Below are positions 1-14,039 of a stretch of DNA of 64,000 bases, in pieces. Made by a program: the position numbers and the translations under genes. The first letter of the stretch is position 1, and every line of letters begins with the position of its first letter. This DNA comes from Octopus sinensis (Eukaryota): positions 53,754,001-53,818,000 of the forward strand of contig NC_043000.1 in NCBI RefSeq assembly GCF_006345805.1, written 5' to 3'. The notes beneath the pieces are model-generated. The model was given only the letters and a program-made list of their open reading frames with translations, was not told the DNA's origin and made no database searches.

Positions 1-214
1 TGTGTGTGTGTGTGTGTTTGGCCCCCACCTCCAACATCGCTTCACAACCGATGCTGGTGTATTTACGTCTCCACAACTTAGTGGTTCGGCAAAAGAGACC
101 GATAGAATAAGTATTAGACTTTCAAAGAATAAGTCCTGGTTTCGATTTGCTCGACTAAAGTTGGTGCCCAGCATAGCCACAGTCAAATGACTGAAACAAG
201 AAAAAGAGTAAAAA

Positions 215-215
<1 letters not shown>
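1..215 (+). mobile_element. SINE family A, 3' half
   Basis: Matches the 3' half of the full-length copy at 63565-63965 (ggttcggcaaaagagaccgatagaataagt...gccacagtcaaatgactgaaacaag) and ends in an A-rich/(TA)n tail. Confidence 0.75.
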
Positions 216-253
<38 letters not shown>

Positions 254-260
<7 letters not shown>

Positions 261-1541
261 CAATAAGTATGAAATGTCCGATTTTGAACTGAAAGTTTAT
301 TTTACTTTACTCCAATATAAAGCAATGCAGTCAATCAAACTATGCACCTAAATTATCAACACCATTTTACCATTTTATCTGCAGCCTATTTATATCGGCT
401 GCAAAGAATTCTGGAGATCAACAGGTGAGGATATCACGAAAAGCTGTTTTTTGCATCCTCTTCAGATTTCAAGATTTTTCCTTGCAAAAAGTTGTTTAAT
501 GCCTGGAAAATGTAATAGTCAGTTGCTACAAGATCTGGTGAATATTGTAGATGACAGCGTACTTCTAATTTCAGTTCCTGCAACTTGAGTGTTCTTTGTG
601 CAACATGTGATCGAGCATCGTCTTGCAAGAGAATTGAGAATTGGCCTATCTCCTTGACTAATCTCGGTTGCTAAACTGCAAGATGACTCATAATTTCATC
701 CGATTGGTTGATGTATACATCCGCTGAAATTGACTTACCAGGTCTCATGAAGATGTAATCGATAGCACCAGCGCTGGACCACTAAACATACATCGTTGGC
801 TGTTTTTGGTGAATATTCCTTTTTGGATTATGTTTTGGCACTTCGTTTCTATCCAACCACTATGCAGAATGCTTGCTATTGTTGCAAAGAATCCATTTTG
901 CACCGTACGTAACAATACGATGCAAAGATGGTTCGCTTTTATGCCCTGACAACAAAGAACAGCAAGTTTCAAGACGACGGGCCATTTGATGCTTGTTCTG
1001 TTAGTGTGTTACCTACTTGTCCAGCTTCTTTACATTGACAATTTGTTTCAGATGGTCCAATACAGGTGGAATCAAACCATCAAACCTTGTTGCTAACTCA
1101 TGCGTTCATTGAGATATATCCACTTCCACGATACTTTTCAGCTCATCCTTATCCACCTTGGTCTCAGGTCTATCACGTGGCTGATTCTCAAGAGTAAAGT
1201 CACCAGACCGGAACTTCTCAAACCATCGACGCACAGTGCACTCATTCACCACATCTTCCCCAAACACCTCATTGATGCTTCGAGCTGCCTGGAATGCATT
1301 GGTTCCACGATGGAACTCATATTCATAATCAACACGAATTTTTTATCCATCAATGTGTTCACGAAAATTGATTTATAAGAGGAAACTCAAAATATAATCA
1401 GACACCATGAACTGCATTTCGACAAATGATGATGCAACTCTTCAGTGTTAGAAACCAAACAATTGTCAGGATAACACGTTATAGTTAACGACTGTCAAAT
1501 TTAGTGCATAAGAAAATCAAAAACCATACATTTCAATCTTA

Positions 1542-1544
<3 letters not shown>
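254..1544 (-). mobile_element. Decayed mariner (DD34D-type) DNA transposon
   Basis: Minus-strand translation reads MDKK..EYEFHRGTNAFQAARSINEVFGEDVVNECTVRRWFEKFRSGDFTLE..., then QDDARSHVAQ...YSPDLVATDYYIFQALNNFL. Degenerate TIRs (acatcaataagtatgaaatgtccgatttt at the left) are flanked by TA. Confidence 0.9.
331..1350 (-). pseudogene. Mariner transposase pseudogene
   Basis: ATG at 1348-1350 and a C-terminus ..PEFFAADINRL..KW..VDNLGA.FD* ending at 331. HTH, DDxD and YSPDL motifs are present, with several stops and frameshifts. Confidence 0.85.
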
Positions 1545-1614
<70 letters not shown>

Positions 1615-1624
1615 AAATATGTGT

Positions 1625-1757
1625 GTGTGTATGTATATCAGTCTGTGGCCATGCTGGAGCACCACCTTGAAGGGTTTTAGTCGCACAAATCAACCTAAGG
1701 ATTTATTTCTTAACCCTAGTACTTATTCTATCGCTTTATTTTGTCGAACCGCTAATT

Positions 1758-1760
<3 letters not shown>
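1625..1760 (-). mobile_element. SINE family A fragment
   Basis: Reverse-complement match to the family A 3' region (tgtggccatgctggagcacc...tagtacttattctatcg). Confidence 0.65.
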
Positions 1761-1789
<29 letters not shown>

Positions 1790-3140
1790 CGTATGCATGT
1801 ATATGTTTATATATATGTATGTATATACTTAAATATACGCATGCATACACGCTAAATGGGTATAATGTAAAAACGCTGTACTCACGTTTGCCACAATCTC
1901 AAAATAAGAAAACGATTGATCTGAAATTCTAAAGGATAGAAATACGAGCAAAAATTAATATGTTATCGGCACACTTAACTGTAAAAATCATTCTTGATAA
2001 ACAAATACAGTCTTATACTAGATTCCAAATAAGGTTCATAGAAGCTCACTTTGAATGGAGAAGACAATAATTTTGGAAAAATAAATTTGTTGTAAGTGAA
2101 TATGAATGTGATTTACCTTGTTTCCAATGTGAGCTACCCCGTGTAGAGGTGGAATGAGGAGAAAACGAGAGTGTGTTACAGGATTACAGTGTGGTAAGGT
2201 TTGTTGAAATTAAGGGTCACTCTTAGGCCTAGGGATACGCTGTTGATGGCCCTAACTGTAGAAATAACCACCCACATGACAGAATAAGTTACAATCTTTC
2301 AGAACTAGAAATGTTCATGATTATAAAAATTATGTTTACTCAACTACTTATATTACTATTTTTTGATGATGCTTTTTATATGATTTAAAGGTATATGTGA
2401 AACCTGCTTTTTATGTAAAAAAATCATTCTTTAATCTCATATTAATCCAACTTAGAATTAAATGTATTCTAATAATGAAATGACTAAAATTCAAGTCAAC
2501 ACAATCTAATAAAGCTTCTAGATATTTTAACTGCAATATAAAAATATTTTGAACTGCTTAACATGCATAATTGCATCACTCTTTGTGCACGTATACAAGG
2601 TGCTTCTACCGTTATTTTAATTCCATTTCACTTCTTTGCAATGACGGTGAGAAGACAGTAGCTAGTAGAATGGCTTCTAATATTCAAGCGTGGTATCATG
2701 AATCTAAATAGTTTTCTGTGCAACTATTATCTGTATATTGTCAATATGTGTACTTACGTTTATGTGAGATTACTAGTGCTGAACAAAAATGCACGATTCC
2801 TTCATCAACAATACCAACATGTAAAAAACCCCACCTTCTCAGACAGAGTATTAGTTCACGTCTCAAGCCCTACTTTATTTGTAGGATTTAGAATGTAAAA
2901 TAGCAGTTTATTTCAGAAAGTGAATTAATGAAAAACCCTCAGATGTTTCCAAGTTCTGTCCGACTCTTTTGCTGAGATCTTTAAAACTACCAAACTTCTG
3001 TGGATTTATGCACATCTACTGTATAGAAATTCACGAGAACTAAGAACGAAGAAAACCTTTTTTCAATAATCGAAGTAGAGAGAGACGTTGGAGACGCCTC
3101 TATCTACTTCTTACATCTTATAAAATAAAACAATGTATAT

Positions 3141-3191
<51 letters not shown>

Positions 3192-4213
3192 TTGTGTGAG
3201 TATGAGAGTGTGTGTGCGTGTGAGCGTGTGTGTGTTTGTATCTTAGCGTGTGTGCCACTATCGTTTATCCTGAGTAAACGTAAATTTCATGGTCAACATA
3301 TATGTGTGGAGTGTTCATTTGTGTTAGAACATTGATATAAAATTGGAACTTAAAACACATAAATATTTGTAGCCACATTGTTATGGAAGAGAACAAAAAT
3401 GATACCCGATAAGATAGTTAACTACAATTATTTATTTAATCTGATCAAACTGACTTCTGCTTTGAGGTTTTCTCGATTTCCGGTTAGCTTATTGGATAGA
3501 ATTAGCTAGATTTGAAAGTACTGACCATTTCTATTGGCAGTAAAAATACAAGAGAATAGAACGGATTCTAAGATGATCTGCAATTAGAGAGAGCCGTTTG
3601 AATGGATGAGATTTGGTTAACATTCCAATATACGAAATTTCTACAGTTGATGATGATGATTGAAGAGCCAGTACAATTTCTCTTCTAAGTAATTAGGAAT
3701 GTTTCCTAAAAGTTGTTAACGCAGTAGATAGCGACAAATAAGAGAACAATGGTAAAAGAAATGACTGCTGGGATATTGTTAATGTGAAATGAAAACAAAT
3801 GTCTGGCATGGAAGGAAGATAATATAGGGGTGGCTACTATGATACTGTACTGAATACCATCCCGGAGCCCAGTATCAAAAGATTTAAAAAATGAGAATAA
3901 TATAATGCAATGTCAGAAATAAGATATCCAATGTGAACCATTTTTGATTGAACACCCCAGTGGCATTGAACATATTTTATTATAACCGACATTATTTCTA
4001 AATGATAGTATCATTTCTCTTGAAGTTTGCTACTACAAAACATTTCAATTCTTTATATTACTGATTCTTTTCAAATATATCACCTTATTCATACACGCAT
4101 ATACACACATACATACACACATTCACACAAACACCAGCGCACGCTCATACACATGTGCATGTCATAACAAATTTGTCAAGAGAAAAGAACAATGAAAAGT
4201 ATGTACTAAAATG

Positions 4214-5823
4214 GGTTAATATAGGGCGTAACAAATATCAGAAAATCAAAAAAAAATGTGTGTAATAGGTGTAAAACAACTTCCTATGAACGAATATGAA
4301 AAAAAAAATTCGCGCACGCGAAAGGGGGGTGGGGGAGAGGCTTCGGAAATTTCACATCTTCAGTCCACGGCCTTTAAACTAAGAAAAAATAGTGTAATTG
4401 GTGTAAAACTACTTGTTCTAAACGAGTATCAAGAACACACACTCACACATGAATCATAAACTCCGTATTTCGCAAAAAAAAAATAAAGAAATTCTGGAAA
4501 AAGCGAAGAAATGTTGGATCTCCGCCATGTGAATCAAAATACGTGTTAGAAACATCTTGAAATACTACAGAAATTATGCTACGAAAATGATAATGTATAC
4601 ATATCTCTTTGAGTGGTCCATCGATAATGATGATAAAGAAATGAGTTGGATTTGAACTCAGAATATTGACTAACACAACTACATACTACAAGACTCAAAA
4701 TATTCAGCCAAGTCACCACCCTTTAACTAGCAATAATAATAACATCAATAACATAACAGCGACAAGATTTATTTGTTCTGAAAATAACAATCATAGTAAA
4801 TAAATATGTTCTTTAATATTCACATTCATGTGCACAGTTAAACACACTTACATACAAACAGTCACGCATGCATAATACAGAACGGAACACATAAATGAAG
4901 GTTGCATTACTTAGTATATATTACATCTAGAGAATTTTGATTAATAAGTCAAATATGCAAATTATAAAGATAATTAATTGCTTTACTAAACAGTGTTGTA
5001 AAGGTGAAAAAATAAATTTGGGAAAAAAATACACGCCAAAACTAATTAATAAAGGATAATTAGGGAAGGATTGACACAAAATAATAATTTTTTCTGTCTC
5101 TTTTTTTCTGATAAATGCATCTTAATAAGTGAGAAGAATTGCATATATCTGAACTATTTTAAAGAAAAGCATAAATTTAATGTTTAAAATAGCTTTAACC
5201 AAGGAATGAGATCCAACATTTCTTCACTTTTTCCAGAATTTCTTCTCTTTATTATTTTTTTTGCGAAATACGGAGTTTATGATTCATGTGTGAGTGTGTG
5301 TTCTTGATACTCGTTTAGAACAAGTAGTTTTACACCAATTACACTATTTTTTCTTAGTTTAAAGGCCGTGGACTGAAGATGTGAAATTTCCGAAGCCTCT
5401 CCCCCACCCCCTTTCGCGAGCGCGCATTTTTTTCATGATAGTCGTTTAGAGCAAGTTGTTTTACACATATTACGCTGTTTTTGTTTTTGTGCCCGGTTCA
5501 GACGCTTTCGGAAATTCCCGATATAAATATTCCGAGGCCTCTCCCCCACCCCTCTTTCGCGAGAGCGCATTTTTTTTTGTCATATTCGTTTAGAGCAAGT
5601 TGTTTTACACATATTACAACTATTTTTTTATTGTTTTGGTGCCCGGGTCAGCTCCTCAGACGCTTTCGGAACTTCCCGATGTGAATTTTCCGAGGCATCT
5701 CCCCCACCCCCCTTTCGCGTGCGCGAATTTTTTTTTTCATATTCGTTCATAGGAAGTTGTTTTACACCTATTACACACATTTTTTTTTTGATTTTCTGAT
5801 AGTTGTTACGCCCTATATTAACC
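4214..5823. mobile_element. Non-autonomous long-TIR DNA transposon, Merlin-like
   Basis: Inverted arms 4214-4522 and 5208-5823 with termini GGTTAATATAGGG...CCCTATATTAACC. An identical 8-bp flank CTAAAATG lies at 4206-4213 and 5824-5831. The arms contain ~150-bp subrepeats (three right, one left). Confidence 0.75.
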
Positions 5824-6699
5824 CTAAAATGAATATTTCGGAATACACTCTCAAATTATACCTCCGTTTGCATAAAATTAATGGTTCAATGTTAGTAGAA
5901 AAAAAAGGTTTAGATTTCACAACAGAAATTCAACTGATGAACACATACAAGGAAATTTTGTTGCTTAGATATATTCAGAATGTTGTTGTTGAGGTTTCAA
6001 ACCGACAGTACTTACAGGTGTAACTGTCCTTCGATTTTGAGAATTAATGCGCCTCGGATATATCACAGAACGTAACCCTCCAGTTTGTTAAAGGAAATAA
6101 GATGGGATGTGAAAGAGATTCCGCTGCACTCGAAAGAGTTTAATCAATTACGCTGTGGCTCTTCTGTCTGCATGTATGTAAAATACCCTAGTGATGGCAC
6201 ATTTTATAAATGTAAAGTTTTGTCATATATTAAAGTATATATATCAAATTTTATTGAGAGCTTTATAATTTGAACTCTTTTTTATTTATTAAGAGATGAA
6301 AGACAGAAAACCAGTCAATGAGATATTTTTAATGGTGCCAATAAAAGAAACCGATATCACAAGGAACAACAAACCGTTAGTATCTGTCTCATAAATAATG
6401 ACATATTATTAATTTTCCGACTTTTGAAAGATAAATGCAAACAAGTTTTAATTAAAGTTTCGATGTTTTCATTGAGATTTGTACGTAAGCGAATAATTAG
6501 TTATATGCAGTCACCATTGAAGAAAGACAATTCGTTTAATGATATGAATTTTTCTATTTAGCAAAATGTCATTATATGAATGATGTTGCTGCCATTCAGG
6601 TCATTATATCTTCATCGACCTCTCATATGTATCTCATCTTATTGTACACCTACGCACACCAACATCAGTCTAATTTGCAATCCGAATTTTAACATTACT

Positions 6700-7790
6700 T
6701 TAACTCTGTGTAGAACAATGCAGTAAAACTTTGCTCTGATGATCGTTTGGGGTTAAGCATCGAAGTGAACTCGGAACATCCAGCGCTGTGTTACAAACAC
6801 AATGGTGTAACTTACGAAGAAATGACGTAAACTTTTGTTTATCGTAATTTCCCCTACATTTGCTCGGTATATAAACTAGTAACAATCCTAAGTATATGAG
6901 TTGCTAAAACACAATACTGGAAAGAACCGGACGTGGAGCTCTAAACTCAAGAGTAGCTACCGTATATCTATTTGTACAAATAATAGTTACCGTTACTAGA
7001 CATACTAACTCTAAGTGAATCTCCATGAAACCGTGAAGCGATTATGAAAAAGCAGACTTATACTTATACTTGGCATATTTAAAAACGGAAACAATGGATT
7101 ATGTACCTTTGGATATTATAGTGTGTTGTGAGAAAAAAGGAGATTGTCACACAGTCCACTTTTTATACTAAACCTGGTCAGTATAACAAAGTGAAAAAAC
7201 TACCTAGTTCCAATATTTGTAGTGTGAATGCTCGCAGACTAGAATACGAGGAATGGGCGATTTGCACACCTACTTACCTTTTACGTCTGGTGCATTTTAA
7301 TGATAGACACGCTGCTGTAGTCTTCCAGGTAATCTGTAATACACTGCGAAACATAGCTCTGGGACATTAAGCCTCCTCTGAGAAGGCACCTGAATGTGCA
7401 TAATTCAACAATAAGAACGATATATACCCTATTACTAACCGCCCCGAGAAAAATGGAGACATGGATTAACATGCTAACATTCAATGTAATACATGTGACG
7501 GAAGTTGCATCGGAACTACCGTCCGGAAATTGCGCGAATGTATTACAGAACGCATTCTCGCAAATGCGTCTTCTGTTAGAAGACATCGAAGAGATGCCAA
7601 AACCAAGGTATTAGAAGTTTCGAGATTCGAAGATTAAGGAGACGTGTTTCATTCTTGAATAGAATGCCACAATCAGCAAGAGATAATGAGATTTTCTGTT
7701 ATCCTTATTAATAAAAGGAATTTTGGTATCAGCAAGAGAGGCAGAAGTTGTGCAATGATAACTGGTTAATACAAAACTAGAAATAATTCT
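6700..7790 (+). mobile_element. Penelope-like retroelement remnant (RT C-terminus + GIY-YIG endonuclease)
   Basis: Frameshifted motifs in PLE order: CYKHNGVTYEEM, PLDIIV, TFYTKPGQY..WAICTPTYL, YLPF, then IQCNTCDGSCIGTTVRKLRECITERILANASSVRRH (GIY-YIG like). Confidence 0.7.
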
Positions 7791-10700
7791 CCTATCACAA
7801 CGGCCATATTTTCATATCACATGTGTGTGTATACTTAGTCTTTATCTCCATTTAAATCACGATAAATCTTTTTTAAAGCTTTAATATTAAATTATGAGCT
7901 TAAGGTTTTACTGTTAAATTTTGTTGCTCATTTCATTCCTTTATTTCCAAATTGCGTTGCAATAACTTTCTACACACACCTGCAAATAAAACTATATGCA
8001 GTCCCTAATAAGCCTACACACGCAGATATATACACAACACTGACACACAAGAAATGACTATTTGAACCCAGTATATATTGTGTTGCTGCACATACATTCA
8101 CAACACATACAACACACGCACACATGCACATACACACAACACACACACACACACACTCATGCACACACAACATATTTATGTATATATGAAATTTTGCCTT
8201 TGGTATATATTTGTATTGCTCAGTTATGGATAAATATCTTTTTCCTGTAAAATATCTACTTACAACATCATACTTGTAGCTTTATTTCATTGGCAAAATT
8301 ATGAATTATTGAGTGGTTCGGAAACATTTCATTATCCAGAAGAATCCTGGTTTTATAGTCTTAGTTGCGTTCGTGTTATATGATGAAATAAAAGAGAATT
8401 TGTTTCTAAAAATCAATTCCAATGTCAATTTTTTATTATCAGTCATAACAATTGCCCGTATATAATATTGTCAAATTTCTACTCAAGAAATAGACTTCAT
8501 GTTCTTAGGCTTAAAATACTACAGCCCTGATAAATTGCTAACAGTTTACAACGCGCGCGTAAGACGTGCCAGCCATAGTTTACTCCTTATACATTTGAGT
8601 ATTTCACAGTGCTTTATATACAAAGGTTCTCAGAAATATTCTATACCACTTCGAAATGATCATTCAGTAGATTTGCAAATTCTCCCTTACGAACATAGTG
8701 CAAGAACTAGTTAACTCATTATTATGCTGGGTTTAGAAAATGAAAATTACTTATATCTGCAAGAATACTTATGTGTATTTCTATATCGATTTCTTTAAGA
8801 CTGTGCTTTCAGTTAAGATGTGAAGCCTTTCTTTATTAATGTTAAGTAACTTTCTTTTTATAAGAAAAGTATTCACTGTAGCTACTGCAAGAATGATTTA
8901 TGCCAAGGAACGCTTCATAGTTACTCAAAGCTATCCCTAAATCACATAAATTAATCTTAATAATTGGATAATGTTTTCCTAAACATACCAGATATGAAAA
9001 TATAGATATAGAATGCTTTATATTGAGAGTTTCGATCACAGAAATCATCGATCAGGAGTGATTTAGTGCTAAACCATAGTAACAGCAACAGCAACAGCAA
9101 CGACACAATCATGTCAGTAAAGAATTATCTTATGAATTCGATCGGTCATCTTGGATTAGCAATAAAATCTCCACAAAATAATCCGCCGAAAACCATTTTA
9201 GAAAAGAAATACACATTCCAGAATGTAGTCTGGTTGCAGTGTAGCGAGGGAAAAATGGGATGGTTTCAACTTGGTTTTATTATTGGTTTACTCAGTTAAG
9301 GCAGGTCTAGAGCTGAAAATGAAGAACAGAATGGATACTCTAATATGCATTTATATCTTGGTGGTCTTGTGCCGTAGCGAATTTTATTCCTTTATAATTT
9401 TGCAATTTTGTGAGAGGAAATGAAGAGCATATATTTTTGATGGTCACCTACTTGCCTGCTGCTCTTTTAGTTTTGCTCAATTCAGAATTGTTTTTGTTAT
9501 CATTGTTGTTGCTGTTTAATCTCCGATCAATATCAATCGATCAGACATATGAATATAGATGTTCCAGGCGTGCTCATGCCATTTACATGCCATATACTTG
9601 TATGGATAATAATTCTAAAATGATTTGAGAAACCAGACTAGTGTAATATATGTGCGTTACTATATCCGCATTATATCAATCTATGGAACGGGAGATATGA
9701 TATTTAAAAAGAAGATTATTGTTGATAGCAAGTGAAACGCTGTAATTAAATATAAAAGGCTTTAACATCAATGCAATCAATGGGTTAAAGTTAATTGAAA
9801 TAGCTCATAATTTCTTTTTAGTATTGCTTTAATATATTAAAGTAATATTGAAATAACATAAAAAATGTCATTTGTTTACTTTTGCTTTGATTCAATTACA
9901 TTTTATATCGGATTCGAATCAAATTATTGATTTCTTAAAATTGTTGCTGAGTCACAGGCTTTTAAGAAATGGAATAGAAATTGTGCAAAGCGTATAACTG
10001 TCTCAAGGGCATTACTTTCCCCAATGAAATTATTTCGCTTCATCAGGCAGCATTCCTTGATAGCAGAAGAATTAGAGTACTAGAAGCCTGATTTCATCAA
10101 CAATCTCTTCAAGTTTAATAAAGGCAGAAAATTCTCATTCCTAAATAAAGCTATCAGTCTGGCAAGATAAAGAAATAGTATTATGCGTGCACAGAGCTTA
10201 ATACAATAACGTTGATACTAATATAAAATCTCAAAGTAATAATAGAGGTGAAAGAGGGAGAATACATGAAACAAAAACAGGAATGAACATCTCTTAATGT
10301 CATCTTGTTTAACAACAACCCTTCAGTTTTATCAAACGATATTTGTTCATCAATGATGCAGTGCTTCAAAATAAGGAAACATTGGTTACTGGAGAAGCCC
10401 TTTCAAGGTTCATTTGCGAAGTATGGATTAGTTTTTTCATTACAGCTTGATAACTCTTTAACTTTAAGACTCTCTGAAATATGGAATTGTTGTTGTTGCC
10501 AGTGTTGTTGAATTTAGTCACCGCATCATGAGTAACTTCTGAGCAGTTATTGGTATTTTTATCAAGAACAAATGAATGATTGAATTTTCAACGAACTATT
10601 AAAACACAAGCGGAAAATTATTTACATATTTAGTGAGGGAATTTCTTAATGTACTATATACTGGAAATTATTATTTCAATTTTAGTGGTGTAGGCATTAT

Positions 10701-13700
10701 GTATATATAGAATGTGTTACTAATTGAATTATTATTTCAGTTCTAACAGCATCTTGAGTTCAAATTATTAATCTCTTCATTGGTTAACAGAAAACAGCTG
10801 AATTCTTGAATTGAAAGTGAGACCTGATGCTTTTGCTTCCATGTTACCAACACGTTTTTCATCAATATTTCAGTTAGAGGATTGTGTGCATCAATGATAT
10901 TGAATTGCCGATATCATGGAGATAGATAAGTCATTTGGAAATCACTGTATTGCTTTTGTCATACATTACCACTGAGAGCATTAAGTCGAATTACCATCTG
11001 TTAGAAAGGATTGTATAAAGTCATTAGCTGACCAACAGACGCTTTGCTACCTAGAAGTTTTATATGAATAAATAGTTAAACATAACTATTGAAGGAGAGA
11101 AGAAGAAGAAGGAAGGGGAAGAAAATTTGTTGCTAATATACATTATGATAGATGTGACTATTCAGTAGAATATAACTGATGATAAACTCTATAAAACATT
11201 GTTATGGTAATATTGCACTTTGATATAAACTGACTCTATAAACCATAAAAATGGAGAATTCTAAATAATAATTTATTTTTGCATTTGATGCTAATTCTAT
11301 GAAACTGATAGAAAAATCTATGAAATATTCATTGACATTAGTAGAATAGAGTCGACCTTTTATGATTTGATAGAATGGATTACCTTTTCTTTTACAGTTT
11401 CAATATGGCAACGCTTTTCAAAGTTATTTATTAGTTATCTATTAAGGCTGCGTCTTGTATCATCTTTTGTTGCTTTTTTTGTTGTCAACAGTCCAGTTGA
11501 TATTATTTCCACAACTACAGATACGTTTACTTCATCCCCCACCACATAAAACAGTTAGTAAACGAAGAGACAAATCTTCAAACAAATCACCAAGATAAAT
11601 TCATATGGAAGTAGGACAATTTCACTTCTACACTGTACATATGTAACAAACAGAAAACAACGTACAATTGTAAAATGACAGTATATTACTGAAGTGTATA
11701 TTGTTTTTGTATCAGTATTTCACATCAGCGTCAGGTATTTGGAATACTTATATATACACCCTCCGTGTTTTCAATCAACTATTGAAATGGAAGTAAATCC
11801 CAGAACGATGGAAAAATATAGGAAAATATATAATAACCCTGAGATATGATGTAATTATAGTTTAACAGATTTTGAGAGGAAACAACACTTTTTCCAGACC
11901 TATTAGTGTTTGTGTGATTAAAACTGTTTACGGCCGATTTACATTTTACCGGCGTAATGCCAAGAGGAGAAACATGGATAGAAAATGGTGTGCAGTGGAG
12001 TATAGCTCTAATGAGAAAAGTTTAAGAAAATATGTAAGAAAATGGTTTAGAGAATAATAGAAAGATGATATGAAAAGAAACTAGCATAACAGAAATAAAG
12101 AAGTCATTGTAACATGAGAAGAGATAAACAGGGGAACAATTGAAAATATTTTATAGGTTTTGGGGAATCTTTGAAATATTATATAGTCTCAAGTGGATGA
12201 TGTTTATATGTGATCTGGTAAGTCTGTATATATTAACAGTAAAACCATGCCAAATATGCAAATAATAATACATTGAATCTACCTTTACATTATAAATGCT
12301 CACCAAAGGATAAGACCGAGTGATTTTTCTGGCCTTCAGTTGGATCCTGCTCTTTAGGGTACAGTTTAGTAATGTGTGCAATTATTAAGAATGATTATTA
12401 GAAACTATGGAGACAATTATTTATGGGAAAAATTTAGGTAGATTAACTATATATTGTCGATGCAGAGGCAAGTTGTAATGCAAGATTGTCTCCTTGATAT
12501 AGATAGATATTATGTGCTAGCTGGCTCGAGGGATACTTGGTTTATCCTAGCATACTGACGGGAGATTTTGACGTATCTGTTCAAAACTTGCAGTTGATTA
12601 TTTCTCTACAGAACTTTTAATTACGAAGGAGATATTTGTGTTGGAATCTATATGAATTGTGTTTACTGTTGGATTCTATGAAATAAGGATAGATACCAAA
12701 GAACTTGGATGACTTCAAGTCAGAACACTGATGTGTCGTGAGGAGTGTAATTTTTTAACACTTTACAACGCAAGTGCAGTTAAACGTGTAAGACAAAAGA
12801 ATTTTATCAAAAAGCCCAATCCCGTTCTGAATAGAAAATAACATGAAGCACAGTGTTATTGAAATCAATTTGAACGTAATTTTATTCAAAAACTATAGTA
12901 ACATTCACAATAATTTGAATTTGAATTTAACTTTTAATTTCATTTATAAATATTCAAGACAGGACTGTTGTTTCTCAACATCTGATTTTAGCGGAATATT
13001 TTTGTTGGCGATTCTAATTGGTTAAGATGTTTGTAAGAATAAGTGCTATTGATGTTACCTGTGATAACACTTTAATCATGTCATGACGTCTACGACGCAT
13101 GATGATGTGTTAAAATAGTTTTCGTAAGCTTCAGCCAGATGGAGCTTATTAGAAGATATTTAAGGGAGTACTTCAGTCATTAATGTTAATGCCTTTATAT
13201 AAACGTTACCTGATGATTATCGTATAAAAGTTGAAATTACTTGAAATACTGTAAATATAAAAAGGAAAGAAGTAAAATTTCGGTGCATTTTGAAATTCGA
13301 CTAATATATTTATAGTTATCTGCACACAAATGCACAATTTTAACAACTCTGAAATATACATACACACACAAACACACACACATGCAAATATACATACATA
13401 CATGCCTACATATATCACACATACACACATATACACCCATTCTCTTGCTCTAGGAATTCCATCTGCTGTTTCTTTAGAGCCCACTATTATGGCATATTTA
13501 TACGTAAGATAATACCTGTTAGGTATCACAATACACCACTTTACCGTCACATCCATCCGTTTCAAGGGATGGCTTACGCAACGTACAAAACCTTTAAATT
13601 TAGAGTCATAAGGTTTTATCTACTTTTCCCTTTATAGCTGGAGATTTTCTCAACATCATCTAGAGCAGAGTAGCCTTGGCAGGATCGCTCCGTCCATCAC

Positions 13701-13761
13701 AAATTGTGAATTCCGAAGCAGACTTCAGTATACATGCAAAGAAAACTTAATTTATCCTCTG

Positions 13762-13935
13762 ATTCGTTACGTTCTGCGTTCAAATTCCGTCAAGGTCGAC
13801 TTTGTCTTCCATTCTTTCGGGGTCGATAAATTAAGTTACCAGTTACGCACTGGGGTCGTTGTAATCGACTTAACCGGTTTGTCTGTCCTTGTTTGTCCCC
13901 TCTATGTTTAGCCCCTTGTAGGCAATAAAAAAGGT
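13762..13935 (+). mobile_element. SINE family B fragment with alternative 3' tail
   Basis: ttctgcgttcaaattccg (B-box like) followed by the body and the gtttgtctgtccttg...gccccttgt tail seen at 28205-28655 and 30763-31335. Confidence 0.7.
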
Positions 13936-14039
13936 CACTTTCATTTTATTCCCTGCCTACCTACAGAAGAGAAACCGTAACGTAGATTTCACTCCAACAT
14001 TTTTCTATTGCTTTACGTATTCCACCTCAGTGTTTATGA

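Noticed and set aside
3560-3900. Protein-looking stretches on both strands
   Set aside because: Multiple stops and no recognisable family.
8842-9048. Kinase-like IKINLCDLGIA in an ORF
   Set aside because: No HRD or other kinase subdomains nearby, and no splice support.
9480-11000. Possible old RTE LINE (IQVYG, ILIGD, KGF..FD-like fragments on the minus strand)
   Set aside because: The motifs are too degenerate and their spacing is inconsistent with one element.
12157-12217. Candidate 61-nt plus-strand exon (ttatag|..FWGIFEILYSLKWMMFICDL|gtaagt)
   Set aside because: Good splice signals but isolated, with no recognisable homology and no compatible neighbouring exons. RNA-seq would be needed.
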